Source of the DNA: Callorhinchus milii
Lineage: Eukaryota
Assembly (NCBI RefSeq): GCF_018977255.1
Contig: NW_024704743.1
Coordinates: 112,966,001-113,030,000 of the forward strand
Direction of reading: 5' to 3'
DNA: 64,000 nucleotides
Of this stretch, positions 1-13,755 are shown piece after piece. The position numbers and the translations under genes were made by a program. The notes beneath the pieces were generated by a model. It was not told the DNA's origin and ran no database searches. It worked only from the letters and a program-made list of their open reading frames with translations. How positions within the stretch are numbered: the stretch's first letter is position 1; the number at the start of each line of letters is the position of its first letter.

Positions 1-221
1 GAATGTACCCTGTACTGAGCTCTAGACAGCTTCATCAAGGCAGGATGCACATGCAAAGTGATCTATAGAAAGTTGCCAAGCTTTTTTTTTTATATAAACA
101 AAGCCAACTCCCTGTCAAATTGTAAAAAAAAAGTAATAACTTGTGAAGAAGCATGCTTTTCATCGCTGAATTGGATTATTCTATGACTCAAAGCCAAAGT
201 GCTGTTTGTCGTCAATCTCAC

Positions 222-367
222 CTTATTCTACAGCCGCGAAACATGCCAGTGTCCACTAGGTATGGACAGACCAGGGTCATCTTGATCCCATCTTTCTCCG
301 ATGCCTTCAGCTCGTGACTTAAAGATTCGTGAAATCCTATTGCCCCAAATTTACTTGCACAGTAATC
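222..367 (-). CDS. RDH10: Retinol dehydrogenase 10, coding exon 3 (146 nt); gene continues beyond the window start
   Basis: Reverse strand reads tttag|GAT TAC TGT GCA AGT AAA... = [48 protein letters not shown](R)|gtgag. Contains the SDR catalytic YxxxK motif; AG/GT boundaries; phase 0 in. Confidence 0.97.
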
Positions 368-399
368 CTAAAGCGGGATAAAAACAAATAAAGGTAAAG

Positions 400-717
400 A
401 TAATAATAATCCTTGCATTTGATATAGCGCTTTTCACGTCGGGAGGACGTCCCAAAGCGCTTCACAGAATATACTGTAAAGTGAATTGACTGTATACTTG
501 TGGGCGAACGCGGCAGCCAATTGCGCACAGCAATGTCCCACAAACAGTCGTAGATTGAAAATGACCAATTTATTATTGTTTTTGGTTTTGGAGGGATTAT
601 TATTAGGCTCTGTGTGGAGTAAGGAAACTTGCCCAAGGTTTCGCCCTCTGCCTGGAATTGAACTCAGGTCTCTCGCTTGCAAAGCGAGTGCTCTAACCAC
701 TGAGCTACAGGACTCCA
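400..717 (-). mobile_element. Full-length tRNA-derived SINE (family A: tRNA-Ala-like head, Deu-domain-like segment, (ATT)n tail)
   Basis: Head TGGAGTCCTGTAGCTCAGTGGTTAGAGC...GTTCAATTCC carries A and B boxes and a TGC anticodon-like loop. Near-identical copy at 11506-11827. Confidence 0.9.
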
Positions 718-2764
718 CAAGATTATTGCAAATATGCAAGAAAAGCTAAATGATTTTTTGTGATTCTGGGGTAAATTCACAACTTTCACAACTAGGCTTG
801 CTTCTGTGCAATCTCTACCAAATTGCAAAATGCACAGTTATTAAATCAAGCTAGCAATGTTGCTCAAGACACAAGGTGTGACCTGGACACAATATAGATG
901 GTCATACTTCAAATTAATACTTCAAATACTTTTCTATTCCAATTTGCAAGACAAACCAAAACCCCACGATTATTTTTTGCAATAAGACCAGAGATCTAAC
1001 CTGGACACAATCATTATGAAGACCATATTAAGTCAAAACTAAATTATATCCGATTGTAGCAAAATAAAAGGGAGTGAGGAAAAGAGATTCTCAACCAGCT
1101 CCATTCGGAGGTCCAGTGGGACTTGTTTCTGGTGCTTACAGCTAGAAATTTAAACACTGGAGCCTTGCCAATACTCACTGGATTGAAAGTTAAAAATTGA
1201 TCGCCAATTTAAGTCGTGGTTATGAATTTACTTTGGGAAGGCATCTTTCTGGAGAAGCAACTGTCAAATATGAACATGGAGAGAATTGATCAGGTGGGGA
1301 AGGACTTGAGGCAGGCTGCCTTAATGAGCCAGTTTGTCTTCTTAGGGCAAAGAACAGAATTTGGCAAATCTATTGGACTGTTAGGGAATGGAGGGGAAGC
1401 ATTCAATGCCAAGGAGGTAGCTTGTACTGTTTAAACTGCTCAGATGACTCGGATGATTATAATGGACAGCTTTAAATTTTAGCTACAATCACCAAAACAC
1501 AAAGAGAACTGGAATTCAAATGCAGCAATCATTTATTTCTGCCCTACTACAGAAGGTGGACAATTTCTAAGCAGTTATGCAAATTAGTTAACTCGTGGTG
1601 GGGGTGGGGAGGGATAACATGTGAAAGAGATGAGAAACAAATCCTTTACCCTTGTTTCTTTGTCCAGACACCTGAAGCATCCCACAATGTTACCAGCCCA
1701 CGTGAATCTTGTATTTAAGTTTGCTTTGTCTGATAAATGCAGAAACTCCATTTAAGGAGTGTGCTGCTTGATGTGGTTCCATAGAAAGTTATTGATGAAG
1801 TGGCAACAGTAAACACAGATGGAGCTGGTATACACGTACTTGAGCAGCTCTTTTCATGCTTTCTCAAAAGATTTATAACCGCATCAGCAACATGCCAATT
1901 GAATCAGTGATTGAGACATCGAGTGAATTGACTTGCACAAAGAAAGAAGCAAGTGATCTGTGCTTCTGTCTCTGTCGCAGTTTCAATCCACTCGATGAGT
2001 CAAAAAAAAATGGCTGTCCATATATCCTGAAATGTACCATGTCTTTTTACACACACCTCTGAACTCATTTAATTGAAAGCAGGGCAGCAGTAACATTACA
2101 AATGGACTGCAGGACAGAGTACACATAAACAAGGAGAACAGCTGGAAAGAGGCCTAATATCGGGTAGGAGGCAGTAAAGGTTAGATCACAAATGACAGTT
2201 TGCAAGACCCAAGAAGCATTACAAAAATTGGTCTAAACAAATCCATCCTGTTTAGCAGTTTGAATCTTGTAAACCAAACTGAAGGTGAATAGGAAGACAA
2301 GTCGTCAAACCAGAATTCAATTGTAAGTTTTGTGGAGACCCAAATAAAAGTAGGCATGTTATGGGACGGAAAAAGCATCTAACTAGAGATGCATCATTCT
2401 TGGTTTTCATCAAAACGTGGCATTCAAAAACAGTCACATTCACTTGGGATTGCACTGAAATGTGGATCACTGTGCACCAATCCACTACAAAATGTAACAG
2501 AAAATCTGTATCAAAACAGGGTTCGTTCTTTCTCCTAATCACTACCTACTGAAACAGTCTAAATAGACAAGTCAATTGTGTGCTCATTTTGGTAGTACAG
2601 TATTATTATACAGTTAATTGCAAAATCCAAGAATCAAGCACAATGCATTTAAATGAAACACTTCAATTGTGTTTGCTTGAAGATGTTGCTGTATTTCTTA
2701 CACAAAATTAAAAACTCCAAACTCCGCTAACCAGTTTCAGAATCAAAGAATTTGAGCTACTAAC

Positions 2765-2863
2765 CTCGACACCAGCAGTGCTGAACAACCCTAGGGAGCT
2801 GGCCACAGTCACAATATGTCCATGGTTCATCTCCAGCATCTTGGGAAGAAAAGCCTTGGTCGT
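2765..2863 (-). CDS. RDH10: Retinol dehydrogenase 10, coding exon 2 (99 nt)
   Basis: aatag|ACG ACC AAG GCT... = [33 protein letters not shown]|gttag. Phase 0/0; joins HAHFW of exon 1 to DYCASK of exon 3. Confidence 0.97.
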
Positions 2864-4259
2864 CTATTGCATGGAAAGAGTGGGGGGAGAAAAGAAAAGC
2901 TGTCAGTCATTGTTTGAAGTAGACCAAGGTTATATTGTACCCACTTGCATACCCAGCACCACTAATCTTTTAGAAACCAGATTTTGTTCCCACCAACATT
3001 AACAGAATACCAAAAGGTTTTATTTCAAAAGAGGCTTTGAAGTGAAAATGTGAACGTGAATGCAAGAGCAGAAATTCAATGACAACTATTGTCAGCCAAC
3101 AAAACACAGCGGAGCAGTTTGTTTCCGTGGCGTACCACATTTTCAGAACAAACTAAACAGATGAAGCCCAAACTCCTTCAGGTGCGCATGATCTATAGTC
3201 TGTGACAAGTCACCTGTTTTAAAACCCTAGAGGATAAATACTTGACTGCTGTAAATTATAACTCGCACGTCAATGAACACCTAGTGTTCTGTAACATTTC
3301 AAATGAGTCTGAACTGCCAAACACAGGGGGGGAGGGGAAGAGGTTATACAACCTTACTGTGGTTTTACCAATAATCTTATTCAATATTAAAGTTAATGAA
3401 ATATATATTGAAAATCTTGCTCGCAGTATTTACTAGTTTAAAAGGGAAATAATAACTCCTTAAGGTTTAGTCAGCAAATCTCATGTCAGCAGAAGATTAA
3501 TATACATGAAGTCACCTGGGTCAACATCTCATACTCCTCCTGCAAACTAGTGACATTCACCTTCGTAACAAACACTTTTTTTTAAAATTTAAAAAAAGTT
3601 GTCAATGATCTGAAGTTGCTGAGCTCAGTACGAGGGAGTAAGAAGCGATTAACTCCGAATGCTTCGAAGCCTAGCTATAGATCTACAGCAGTTGGAAAAA
3701 GTAAACAAGTTTTATAAATAGATGGCGAAGTAGAGAATAAGATTTAGAACATTCAGAAGATATTGAAGAGGCGGGGGGGTTACATCATTTCACGTAGAAA
3801 ATATTAAGTCAAGAGCAGAGTTTCTCCTGATTCTGCAGCATTTAAAGGTAGTTGATATTACATCTCCAGGAGTTGCATCAGCCAGGCACATGAATCAGGT
3901 GAATGTCGGTCCTAGAAGAGTAGAAGTTTGGCTATCCACCTGGGCGCATGATAGATACACCCATTCTTTGCTGTTGTGTTTGCCTATTGAGGTGCACAGG
4001 AGGGCACTTCTGTGGAGTGCCTGGCCTCTTAACAGTCAGGCTCTGCCACTGTTAAGCGCTCTGAGATGCTACCCTTTGTGGAGGGTGCTATATAAGTGCA
4101 AGTTGTTGTCGTTGAATAGCTATTTCACATAAAGCCAAATCAGAAGACTTAATAAACAATTGTAGGGAATAAGCTACATCTCGTTAATTTATTGCACTGA
4201 ATAATTAAATACAAAGCACCAGGGCTTCTTTTTAATAACCCATGTACATCTGATTTGCT

Positions 4260-4833
4260 ATCCTCCTTGGACGGGGAGGTAAGCAAGGTCTCCTTGGAAC
4301 TGCACTGGCTCCAAGGTGACATGTTTGGCAATGGAATGTTGGATTTGAGTCAGCCCAATGTTGCGGTCTTGGTAGTCCGGATCCTGAGCCTGGCGGGTCC
4401 GCAGTACTCCAGGGGCACTGCTGGTGACAGCACAGCCAGTCTGGCTCATCGGCAGGAAATTGAAAGGCAGACCAGTCACTGGGGGCAGGGAGACATCCTA
4501 CTCAGCACCTAGTAACCCTGCAAGCCAAAGCCCTAACAGGTAGGGTGGTCCTAGCTGGACAAGCAGCAGGAAAGCTTGCCAGACAGTGCTCTCAATGGCA
4601 AGCTATGTGGTGTTTGCTGGTTAGCCTCCAGCAGTACACCAAAGCACATTCTGGGGTCCCCAAGTCATGTTTCTTGAGTCCCTCCAGGGAGCGAGTGCCC
4701 ATTCCATTCCAACAATCTATCTCTGGGATTTCCATGTTTAGCTGAGATACATGGAATTCTCAGATTGGTTGGGATACTCATAAGCATGGTGAAGGGTTTC
4801 TAGATGTGTCAGACACCCGGTTGACAAAAAAAA
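4260..4833 (+). repeat. Unclassified A-tailed interspersed repeat, copy 1
   Basis: Clear similarity to 26872-27285, 35310-35830 and 52175-52230 (all opposite strand). Ends ...gacacccggttgac(A)9. Confidence 0.75.
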
Positions 4834-5116
4834 ACTAGAAACGGCTGAACCTTTTTTCAACAACAGGATATTCCTGAGACACAATGAAGAATGGAATAGA
4901 ATTTGAGACTATAAATTCTGAAGTTAGTTCATGTTTCATTGCTCGCAGGCTGCTGTGAGCAAGTACATCTTGAACTCAATGAATTGAAAAGCTCAGTTTT
5001 TAAAAGATTCTGTAGACAGAAAAGTACATAAACACCAGAAAGCTAAAATATTCATGCTGTAAACTCTGAAAGCTAAAAAAAACTCGAAAGAAAATCTATT
5101 CGTCTGTCAATCCCTT

Positions 5117-5435
5117 TTGTCAGCCTGCCCGCCAATGATGGGGCGGGTGAGGCGGGGGACGCTGAGCAGAGGGAGTGGGCAGGATGGTAGGGGGTTAGGA
5201 GGTCGCAGAGGTAGGGGGGGCGCAAGACCATGGAGGGCTTTGAGGGTGAGGAAAAAAATCTTGAATTGTATCCTCTGTGTGATGGGAAGCCAGTGGAGTC
5301 AGGCGAGGACGGGGGTGATAGGGTCACGGAGCCTGGTGCGGGAGAGGACATGGGCTGCAGAGTTCTGGATAATCTGCAGCCTACGGAGTGAGGAGTTGGG
5401 GAGGCCGACAAGCAAGGAGTTTGCAATAGTCAAAC
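5117..5435 (-). mobile_element. L2-clade LINE fragment (end of ORF2)
   Basis: Encodes degenerate ...LQIIQNSAAHVL...LHWLPITQRIQFKI...LHGLAPPYLCDLL. Confidence 0.8.
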
Positions 5436-8400
5436 TCATAACTCACAAGACATTAGGCACACAGATGAGATTAAGGGCGTTACTTTCAGGTGAGTGCCCT
5501 GAATTTCACATCAGACTTTGAATGATCATAACAGACCTCCAGTATAATGGCTAATAACTTACTGCTCCTGTCAAAAGTTTTTTTTAAAAAAAGTGGATTA
5601 CTTTTTTAAAAAAAACTTTACTTGCTCCCAAACTACAGTTTTAAGTGTCACAAACAGCTGCCTCCAATAGTTTTTAATATATTTAAAAATCTCCAACTTT
5701 CTCCCCCTCGGCTCTGAAGGTGGCAATTCATGTTGAACTGGAGAGTTGTTGAAACGAATAGCCTCTGCTGCCTCCACTCAAGCAGACAATCACGTAAGCT
5801 TAGACAGTATCAGCAGACTTTTTGGGCTATTACGTTCTCAGACATCAACTGATGTGTTTCCATCAGAAATATGGATTTTTAATCTCTCCTCAAGCCCCAA
5901 TAACACAGTTACTAGTTGTACACATCTGTACTGACAGCATAAGCCAGAATTTGAACCAAGAAACAGCTTCCAGACCTGGACCCCAATAGGCTGGGCATGT
6001 TTGCTCCTTGGCTCAGATGAGGTTACCCATTAAATTGGTGAAGAGAAACTCCTGAGCTTTCCTCTCAGCAGGGTCTCCAGCAATGTATTCCCCAACTAGG
6101 GATGAGGCTTTCATTATTTTGCCAAACAAAATCTATCTAGCTCAATCGTACCTGCTGGGCTGTCAATCTCATGATCACAGGCTGTGATCACACCTGAATC
6201 TCAGCAGCCAGGAATGTAAAGAGGGCTTACCCTTTCCTTTCCCCCAAACAGAAAACCATGACATCTCAGCAGGTGGTAAGCCCCACCTGCCTGAAACATT
6301 TCCCAAGCCCCCGCCACTGCCTGCCAATTAAGCCGTACATCAATTAAGCAACGTTTGGGTAGATGTATTGATTTGGCCTCGTGTTTACGGAATGAATGGG
6401 TTAGTGAAACCTTTAGCATGGGATCATTTTCCTAAAATGACTGAGTGACACATTTAAATCAGAAACGTTGTAAAAAGACAATCAATGATTTCTTCAAAGA
6501 GCTGCCTGCAAAACAAAAAAGCTTTTTGCAATCCTAGAATTTTTGGGGCCAAGTAAATTAAAAATATAACAAGCATTAGAAATGGTTTGTTTACTAGGAC
6601 ACTCTAAGCCATACCATATTATAATAAGCACCCTTGCATTTGATACAGCATCTTTCACATCAGGAGGAGGTCCCAAAATGCTTCGCAAGATTTATTGTAA
6701 AGTATAATGATTGTTCGTGTTTTGTAGGTGAAGATATTGTACATTGCATGCTCATTAACAGCAGTTTTGTTTTGTTGCACCAGAGGAACTTGGTTCTGTG
6801 AGTTTCAGAATGAAGTAAAGCTCACCATCCTCATTAATTTGAGGATGTTCACGTCAGCAGGTTTCCTACTTTGAAATGGAATTTCCAACCCACTGAATAT
6901 TTTCAATGCAGACCTTCTAAAAGTCTCCACATCATTTGTGTGCAATTGGCCTGCAGTTTCTAATCCAGTAACCTGACTTACAACACCTCCGTGATAGGTT
7001 CCCAATTATGTGGATTTCAGCTGGAAGAAAAGAATCAGCTGAGGTTACACCAACTTTCTCTTCACTTACCCTACCCCCTCAACCTTTCCTCAAACCAAAG
7101 GATCCATGAAAAAGGCACTGTTTTATGAATGAAGAGGGAGAACAGGATTAGAGCTGTGTGCAGTGCAATTAGACACAATGATGTGGTTCAATATAATTGG
7201 GAGTCATTTCAGTGTTTGGCTAAACAGAATATATTCATAAAAGACAGTGCAGCACTCCAGCAAGTCATGAAAGGAATTCTAGGTTAATTGCAAAGAAGAA
7301 GCAGTCAAAAAGTGCTGAGAGTAGCGATTTCCTAGATAGAAACAGTTTGATAGTACGATGTTTGAAAGTTAGTGGATCTTAGCCGGCGTTGTGTGCTACA
7401 ATTGCTCTTAGTGCCGTTGAGCTAGAGAGAAGGCAAGACCATGGTTCCAGTGTAGATTGCTATGCAATGATCAATGTGGACTTTGGAAAAGAATGCGATT
7501 GAGCTCAGGGATCAAGTGCGATGCCTTTCATGGTCAAATAGTCAACTAACCATCGGGGCGACATGAATAATTGACTTAGTACGTTAATCACAATCACTTC
7601 CAGCCCCAGTTGTTCACTTCCACTAACTCTATGGTTTAGATTAGGAGACAGTTGCTGGCCAAGAATATGTCTTTTTAGGTATTCTGTCCAATCCACTATT
7701 AGAAGTTGCTCCAGATGGCTCACCATATTGACACACCATATCATATAGCGATGGGCCACAGATCGGGAAGTTCCATGTCCAATCCCTGATCTGTGCTAAT
7801 TAAGAAAATATTGAACAAAACAATTGTGAGGAAAAGACAAGATGCTGTGGTTTGCATGGGGCGGGAGGGGGGGTAAGGGGAACATACAACACAAGTGGGT
7901 TACTAAATAGCAACAAGGAATCTTTCTGATATTTCTCTATACCCCACAGATACCAACATCATCCAAGACTAGGATTTTCTCAGCCACATAATGCACATCA
8001 TTGAGTGAACTTCCACATAATAAATTAATAAGTTGTATAAATGGATAGTAGGCCAGAAACAAACAGTTTCAACAGATTGGACAGGGTGTATTTTATTGAG
8101 TTGGCAAATGTTAATCACTGCATAAGCAAATAGATCAGGATCTTTAAGAATGAACTTTTTACACGCAGAAATAATAATAAGAAATAAAATGCAGTGAAGC
8201 AAATAGAAATAGGATTCAGCTTTGATATGGAATTTTTTAAACTGGCCAAAGTAACCAAATTATCCTTTAGAATGTGTAAATATAATCACATCATTGTCCA
8301 AGAGGAAAAAGAGACCGAAGGCATCATTATGAAGATTATGCCACTGCATAAACAGAACAATGAGACCGTGGGAAATACTGTTGTACTGCTCTAATAAGAG

Positions 8401-9519
8401 CATAGTTTCTAACACTTCTGACAAACACTGACTGTGAATGACAGTGACGAGCAGATTTACGGTTGAAGAGATTAAGCTACTGCAATGCCAAAAACACTAC
8501 CTAATTTGTTTTTTTTAAATCTCCCACAGGTTAACGCACACTGTTTCTGTAGTTATGTTTATATGGTTGGAAGTGAAGCTCATATGAACAAAATGAACCA
8601 ACTGAGTCTCTGGAAAGGTTTGTCTTCACACAGTTAATATGAGTAGGTTTTCTGACAAATTACAGCATTAATTATCCACACATAATCAGAACTATAGCAT
8701 GTTCCACTAGCAGTCTGGTCAGCAAGGAACCCAATTAGTCTCCTACCAATCCTTCTCCAAATCTGAAAACTAGGATGTGGGATTGGTCCCTGGTGCATAT
8801 TTATATTCCTGGGGATTTAATACTCCCTTTCCACAACTAACAGAAAGAGTAATTTAGAGTAGCTGTTGATTCATGTGACTATATTCAGATGGGGCAACAT
8901 CTCAAAAGCACAACTTGTTGGTTAATCTCGACATGTTGGCCACTCAATCCACGACTCTTTGTGGGACACTGCTGGGGCAATTGACTACCACATTTCGCCT
9001 ACAAAATGTACAGTCAATTCACTTTCTAGTATATTCTGTGAAGCGCTTTGAGGCGTCTCAGCGACATCTATATCAAATGCAAGTATTATTATCTCAACAG
9101 TACATTTATATTTTCTATTGCAAACTTGGATTTAGCTCAGACATTTTCCAAAACCAACATGAGCAATGAGTCCCTTAAAGTACATTCAACAAAGCGTCAG
9201 GACATGAACAAGGAAGGTCAGTTTAAAACTTGCAAGATAAAGATATTGTCTGCTCATAGCTGATAGAACTGAGGGTAGAAAACTATCCGTAGCTAGGGAG
9301 GTTTTTAATAATCCTTTCATTTGATATAGTTCCTTAACACATTGTCAAAACGCCTCAAAACACTTCAGTTTTTTGCTATGAAAGATCACGACTGTATTTC
9401 TGGGTGAACCTGCAAGTGCATTTGTAGGTATAATTTCTGGCACCGCTTTCAGTTCTGGACAACACAAGAAATGCAGACTTCAATGGGCATTTCTAACTCT
9501 CCTTTAGTTTGCATACAAC

Positions 9520-9980
9520 ATCATCAAATTACATTTAACATAGCACCTTTCATGTCGGGAGAACATCCCCAAGGCGCGGGACAGTCAGGGATTTGGACTC
9601 GAGCAGGGGTTGGGATAAAGGAGGGTAGGGGTAGGAGGGTGGGCGAAGGCGCGGTTGAAGAGGAGGGTCTTGAGACGTGCCTTGAAGGAGGCAAGGGAGG
9701 GAGCAAGGCGAAGGGACTGTGGAGTGGGGGCAGAGAGGCTGAAGGCCTGACTGCTGATGTGAGGCAGACTGGGCGGGGGACATGGAGCAGGCCGGAGCCT
9801 GCTGAGCAGAGGGAGCGGACAGGATGATATGGCCTCAGCAGGTCACACAGGTAGGAAGGAGCAAGGCTGTAGAAGGCTTTGAAGGTGTGTCATGGTGCCT
9901 GGTTCAAGAGAGGACATGAGCTGCAGAGCTCCGGATGATCTACAGCTTGTGAAGGGAAGAGTTATGAAGGCTGACAAGCA
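9520..9980 (-). mobile_element. L2-clade LINE 3' fragment
   Basis: Reverse-complement similarity to 38383-39130, including the 3' stem-loop. Confidence 0.75.
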
Positions 9981-11505
9981 GGGAGAGAGAAGGAAATAAA
10001 GGGGTTGGGGGGGGGGGGGGGGGGGGGGGAGAGATTAGGAGGAGTGGAGGCTCATGTGGAGTATAAACACCAGCATTGCTAAGTTGGGCTGAATGACCCG
10101 TTTCCATACTGCAACGTTTGATGTAACTCTATCCTTCCCATTCATGTCCATTTCATCAATACTATTGTCACAATAATAAATGATTAATAATTCTTGCATT
10201 TGACATACAGCGGCACCTTTCACATCGGATTAACTTTTCAAGGTCCTACACAGGATTTACTGTAAAGTGTAGAGACCGTGTATTTTGATAGTTTCTCTGA
10301 CATATCTTAGTCCTCATTATTTGAAAAGTGTCAATTCTGTGTCAAATGTTCTACCAAAGGTCTCCTACTATAAGAATATAACATAATAATCCCTCCCCAG
10401 AATTTCATGGAACTAATCACTCTTTAGTCCTTCCTTCTCACATTAGCTAAATCTTTAAGCTTCTCAGCAAGTGCTCTGGGCTGCTACCCTGCGTGAGGGG
10501 CGCTATATAAACGTAAGTAGTTGTTGTTCAGTATTTTCTTTCAACATCTTCCTCCCCTGCTGGTGTAGAACAGTTTTAAGTCTTTCATCCAAGTTCTTGA
10601 TACAACAACACTTGCCAAGTTGTGCCTCTACCTAAAAATTGTAATGCTCAACCCACCAAAAATAGGCATGAGAGGCAACAAGTTACAATACTGGCAACAT
10701 TGGAGATCACACCAATACACATTTCTTTTCAGTAAGATCTATAGGATTTATTTTTGAAAACATGGGATTTATCAAAGAGGTTCTAGAAAACCTATATTCC
10801 TTTGAATGTGATTGTGCTTGGCATTCAGTATTAAAGCCAACATGGTTCCATTAAGGTTAGGAAGCTACAGAAAGGGGAACAGGACACAGAGAGGTGTGTA
10901 CTAATATAGCCAAGTAGGAGAAGTTGGCTGCTGAACAAGTGCATTTTGGATCAATACTAAATCAGGTCATAAGAATTTTTAGAAACATAGCCTAACCAGA
11001 CAATTCCATTCTTGATGGACTTTAAGCTCATTTTATACCGTCTGAAGCGCTTTGAGATGTCTCAAAGACGTGATAAAGTGCTATATTAAACACAAGGATT
11101 ATTATTTACCTCAACTGCTTTTTGTGATGATAATCTACCATTTCTATAGAAAAAGCTGATTACAAGAAATCTGGAGATCAGACCGTGCTTACTCACTGAA
11201 TTCCCTACTTCTCTAATCTTGAATGTGGATCATTCACATTCAATCAAAACATAGGAAGCAGTGATAATGCCATCAGACCAAAGACTTCACGGTGGTTGCC
11301 GGGGCGATAGAATATTTCAGTGGTTCAGAAAAGGATGTGAAGGTACTGTTGGGCAATAGAGGGAGTTTCATTTTGCATTTATAATACTGTAAGTGAAATC
11401 TTCTGTAAACTAGACAAGCTCATCTGAATCTACAGTTAAAGATTAGGGAGGTTTCAGATAATTGCAGGTTTCATGTATAATGCTAAAAGGTGGCGGAAAG
11501 CAAGG

Positions 11506-11827
11506 ATAATAATAATAATAATCCTTGCATTTGATATAGCGCTTTTCACGTCGGGAGGACGTCCCAAAGCGCTTCACAGAACACACTGTAAAGTGAATTG
11601 ACTGTATATTTGTGGGCGAACGCGGCAGCCAGTTGCGCACAGCAATGTCCCACAAACAGTTGTAGATTGAAAATGACCAATTTAATTATTGTTTTTAGTT
11701 TTGGAGGGATTATTATCAGGCGTGTGGAGTAAGGAAACTTGCCCAAGGTTTCGCCCTCTGACTGGAATTGAACTCAGGTCTCTCACTTGCAAAGCGAGTG
11801 CTCTAACCACTGAGCTACAGGACTCCA
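11506..11827 (-). mobile_element. Full-length SINE family A
   Basis: Near-identical to 400-717. Confidence 0.9.
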
Positions 11828-12551
11828 CGAGGATGGAAACAAGTAGAAGGAGTTGAGGTGGTAGAACATACTAATTAGAGCCAATTCATTGGATTGGTTT
11901 GTGGTGGCCATGGGGCTCTCCAATACACCAAATGTGTTACAAACAACGCTTTACATCTCAATCCAAGACACCAGTAATTAATTGCTTATCAGAAAGTCGC
12001 CTTCAGTTTACGGCAGATTAATTCACAAAAGCAGAGAGATGCTGGCTTGCATGCAATTCTTGTAATCAATTTTCTGTCCTTTTTTTAAACTGAGCAGAAC
12101 AGAGATGTATTTAGGAAACAAAGCTGATCAACAGTCGTAGTGTCATTCCACATTAGTGCAACAAAGCGGCATTAACATCTGAACAGACTTTGCTTTCAAT
12201 AAGCCACCTGGATTTCATTAATTTGTATCCTTCAATAATTACAATACCCCCGAAAACATCAACAAGCCATTCATCAACTTCCTGGGAGAAGTTCTATTAA
12301 TAGTTCAAAATAACATTTTGTGAATAGGTAAATAAGATCCACTGAAATAATAAGATCCGCCTCCCCACTGAAAATTCTCTAATATTTCAGGCGTAAAATT
12401 TGCTTTGTGGCATGTGTTAAGAGTCCGAGTTATAACACCTAACATAATAACACTTTCAGGGAGAATTACATCAGCAACTAGAGTGAGACACAGAGGACAG
12501 AATGTGAGCTCTACTCTCTCATGTGTTCTTATACTGTGTAACTTTAGGTAT

Positions 12552-13755
12552 GTAGAATCATACAGCACAAAAAGAGGCCATTCAGCCCATCGAGTCTGTG
12601 CCGGCTCTTTGAATAGAGCAATTAATGTCAGTTCCACTCCCCAGCCCTTTCCTCATAACCCTGCAAACCCGTCCTCCTCAAATACCCGTCCACTGCGTTT
12701 TTAAAAATAGTTATCGAATCGGCCTCGACCACCCTTTCAGGCAATGCGTTCCAGATTCGAACAACTCGCTGCGTGAAAAAATTTCTTCTCACCTCCCCTC
12801 TGCTTCTTTTAGACACTATTTTGAATCTGTGACCTCGAGTCACCGACACACCCACCAGTGGAAACAGTTTTTCCCTTTCTAACCTATCAAATCCCCTCAT
12901 GATTTTGAAGACCTCTATTAGGTCTCCTCGTAACCTTCTCTGCTCCAATGAGAATAATCCCAGCCTCTCCAGCCTTTCCTCATAATCAAGGTCTCTCATT
13001 CCTGGTACCATTCTTGTAAATCTCCTCTGCACCCTTTCCAATGCCTTAACATCCTTCCTATAGTGTGGTGCCCAGAACTGGGCGCAGTATTCTAACTGAG
13101 GCCTAACCAGTGTTTTATATAGGTTAATCATAACCTCCTGACTCTTGTACTCTATGCCCCTAATTATAAAGCGTAGTATCCCATGTGCCCTTTTTACAGC
13201 TTTATCTACCTGTCCTGCCACCTTCAAGGATTCATTTACCTGCATCCCCAGGTCTCTCTTCTTTCACCCCCCCTTAAGATTGTATTACCAGCCTATATTG
13301 CCTCCCCTCATTCCTTCTACTAAAAATGCATTACCTCGTATTTCTCCACATTGAAATTCATCTGCCATGTGTCTGCCCATTTTACCATTTTATCTATGTC
13401 TTCCTGCAGTTGGCTACTATCCTTCTCACTGTTTACCATCCTACCTAACTTTGTGTCATCTGCAAACTTGGGAATGGTACTTGCTATACCCAAGTCCAGA
13501 TCATTTATGCATATTAAGAAGACTGGTGGTCCTAATACCAATCCCTGGGGGACACTACTGTACACTTCCCTCCAGTCAGAAAATCAGCCTCTCTGCTTTC
13601 TGTCTCCCAGCCAGTTCTGTCCCTTTTATACCATGGGCTTCTATCTTTCTTACAAGTCTTTCATGTGGCACTTTGTCTAATGCCTTTTGAAAGTCCATAT
13701 AAACTACATCAACTGCACTACCTTTATCCATCCTCTCCGTTACCTCACCGAAAAA
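12552..13755 (-). mobile_element. CR1 LINE 3' portion (RT C-terminus and 3'UTR)
   Basis: VPQGLVLGP..INDLD..KFADDTKL and LYKTLVRPQLEYCAQFWAPHYRKDVKALERVQRRFTRM; ATTCTA-type tail. Confidence 0.92.

Noticed and set aside
12628..13565. 205-aa and 81-aa RT-related ORFs as a functional gene
   Set aside because: 5'-truncated CR1 fragment with a disrupted frame and internal deletion.
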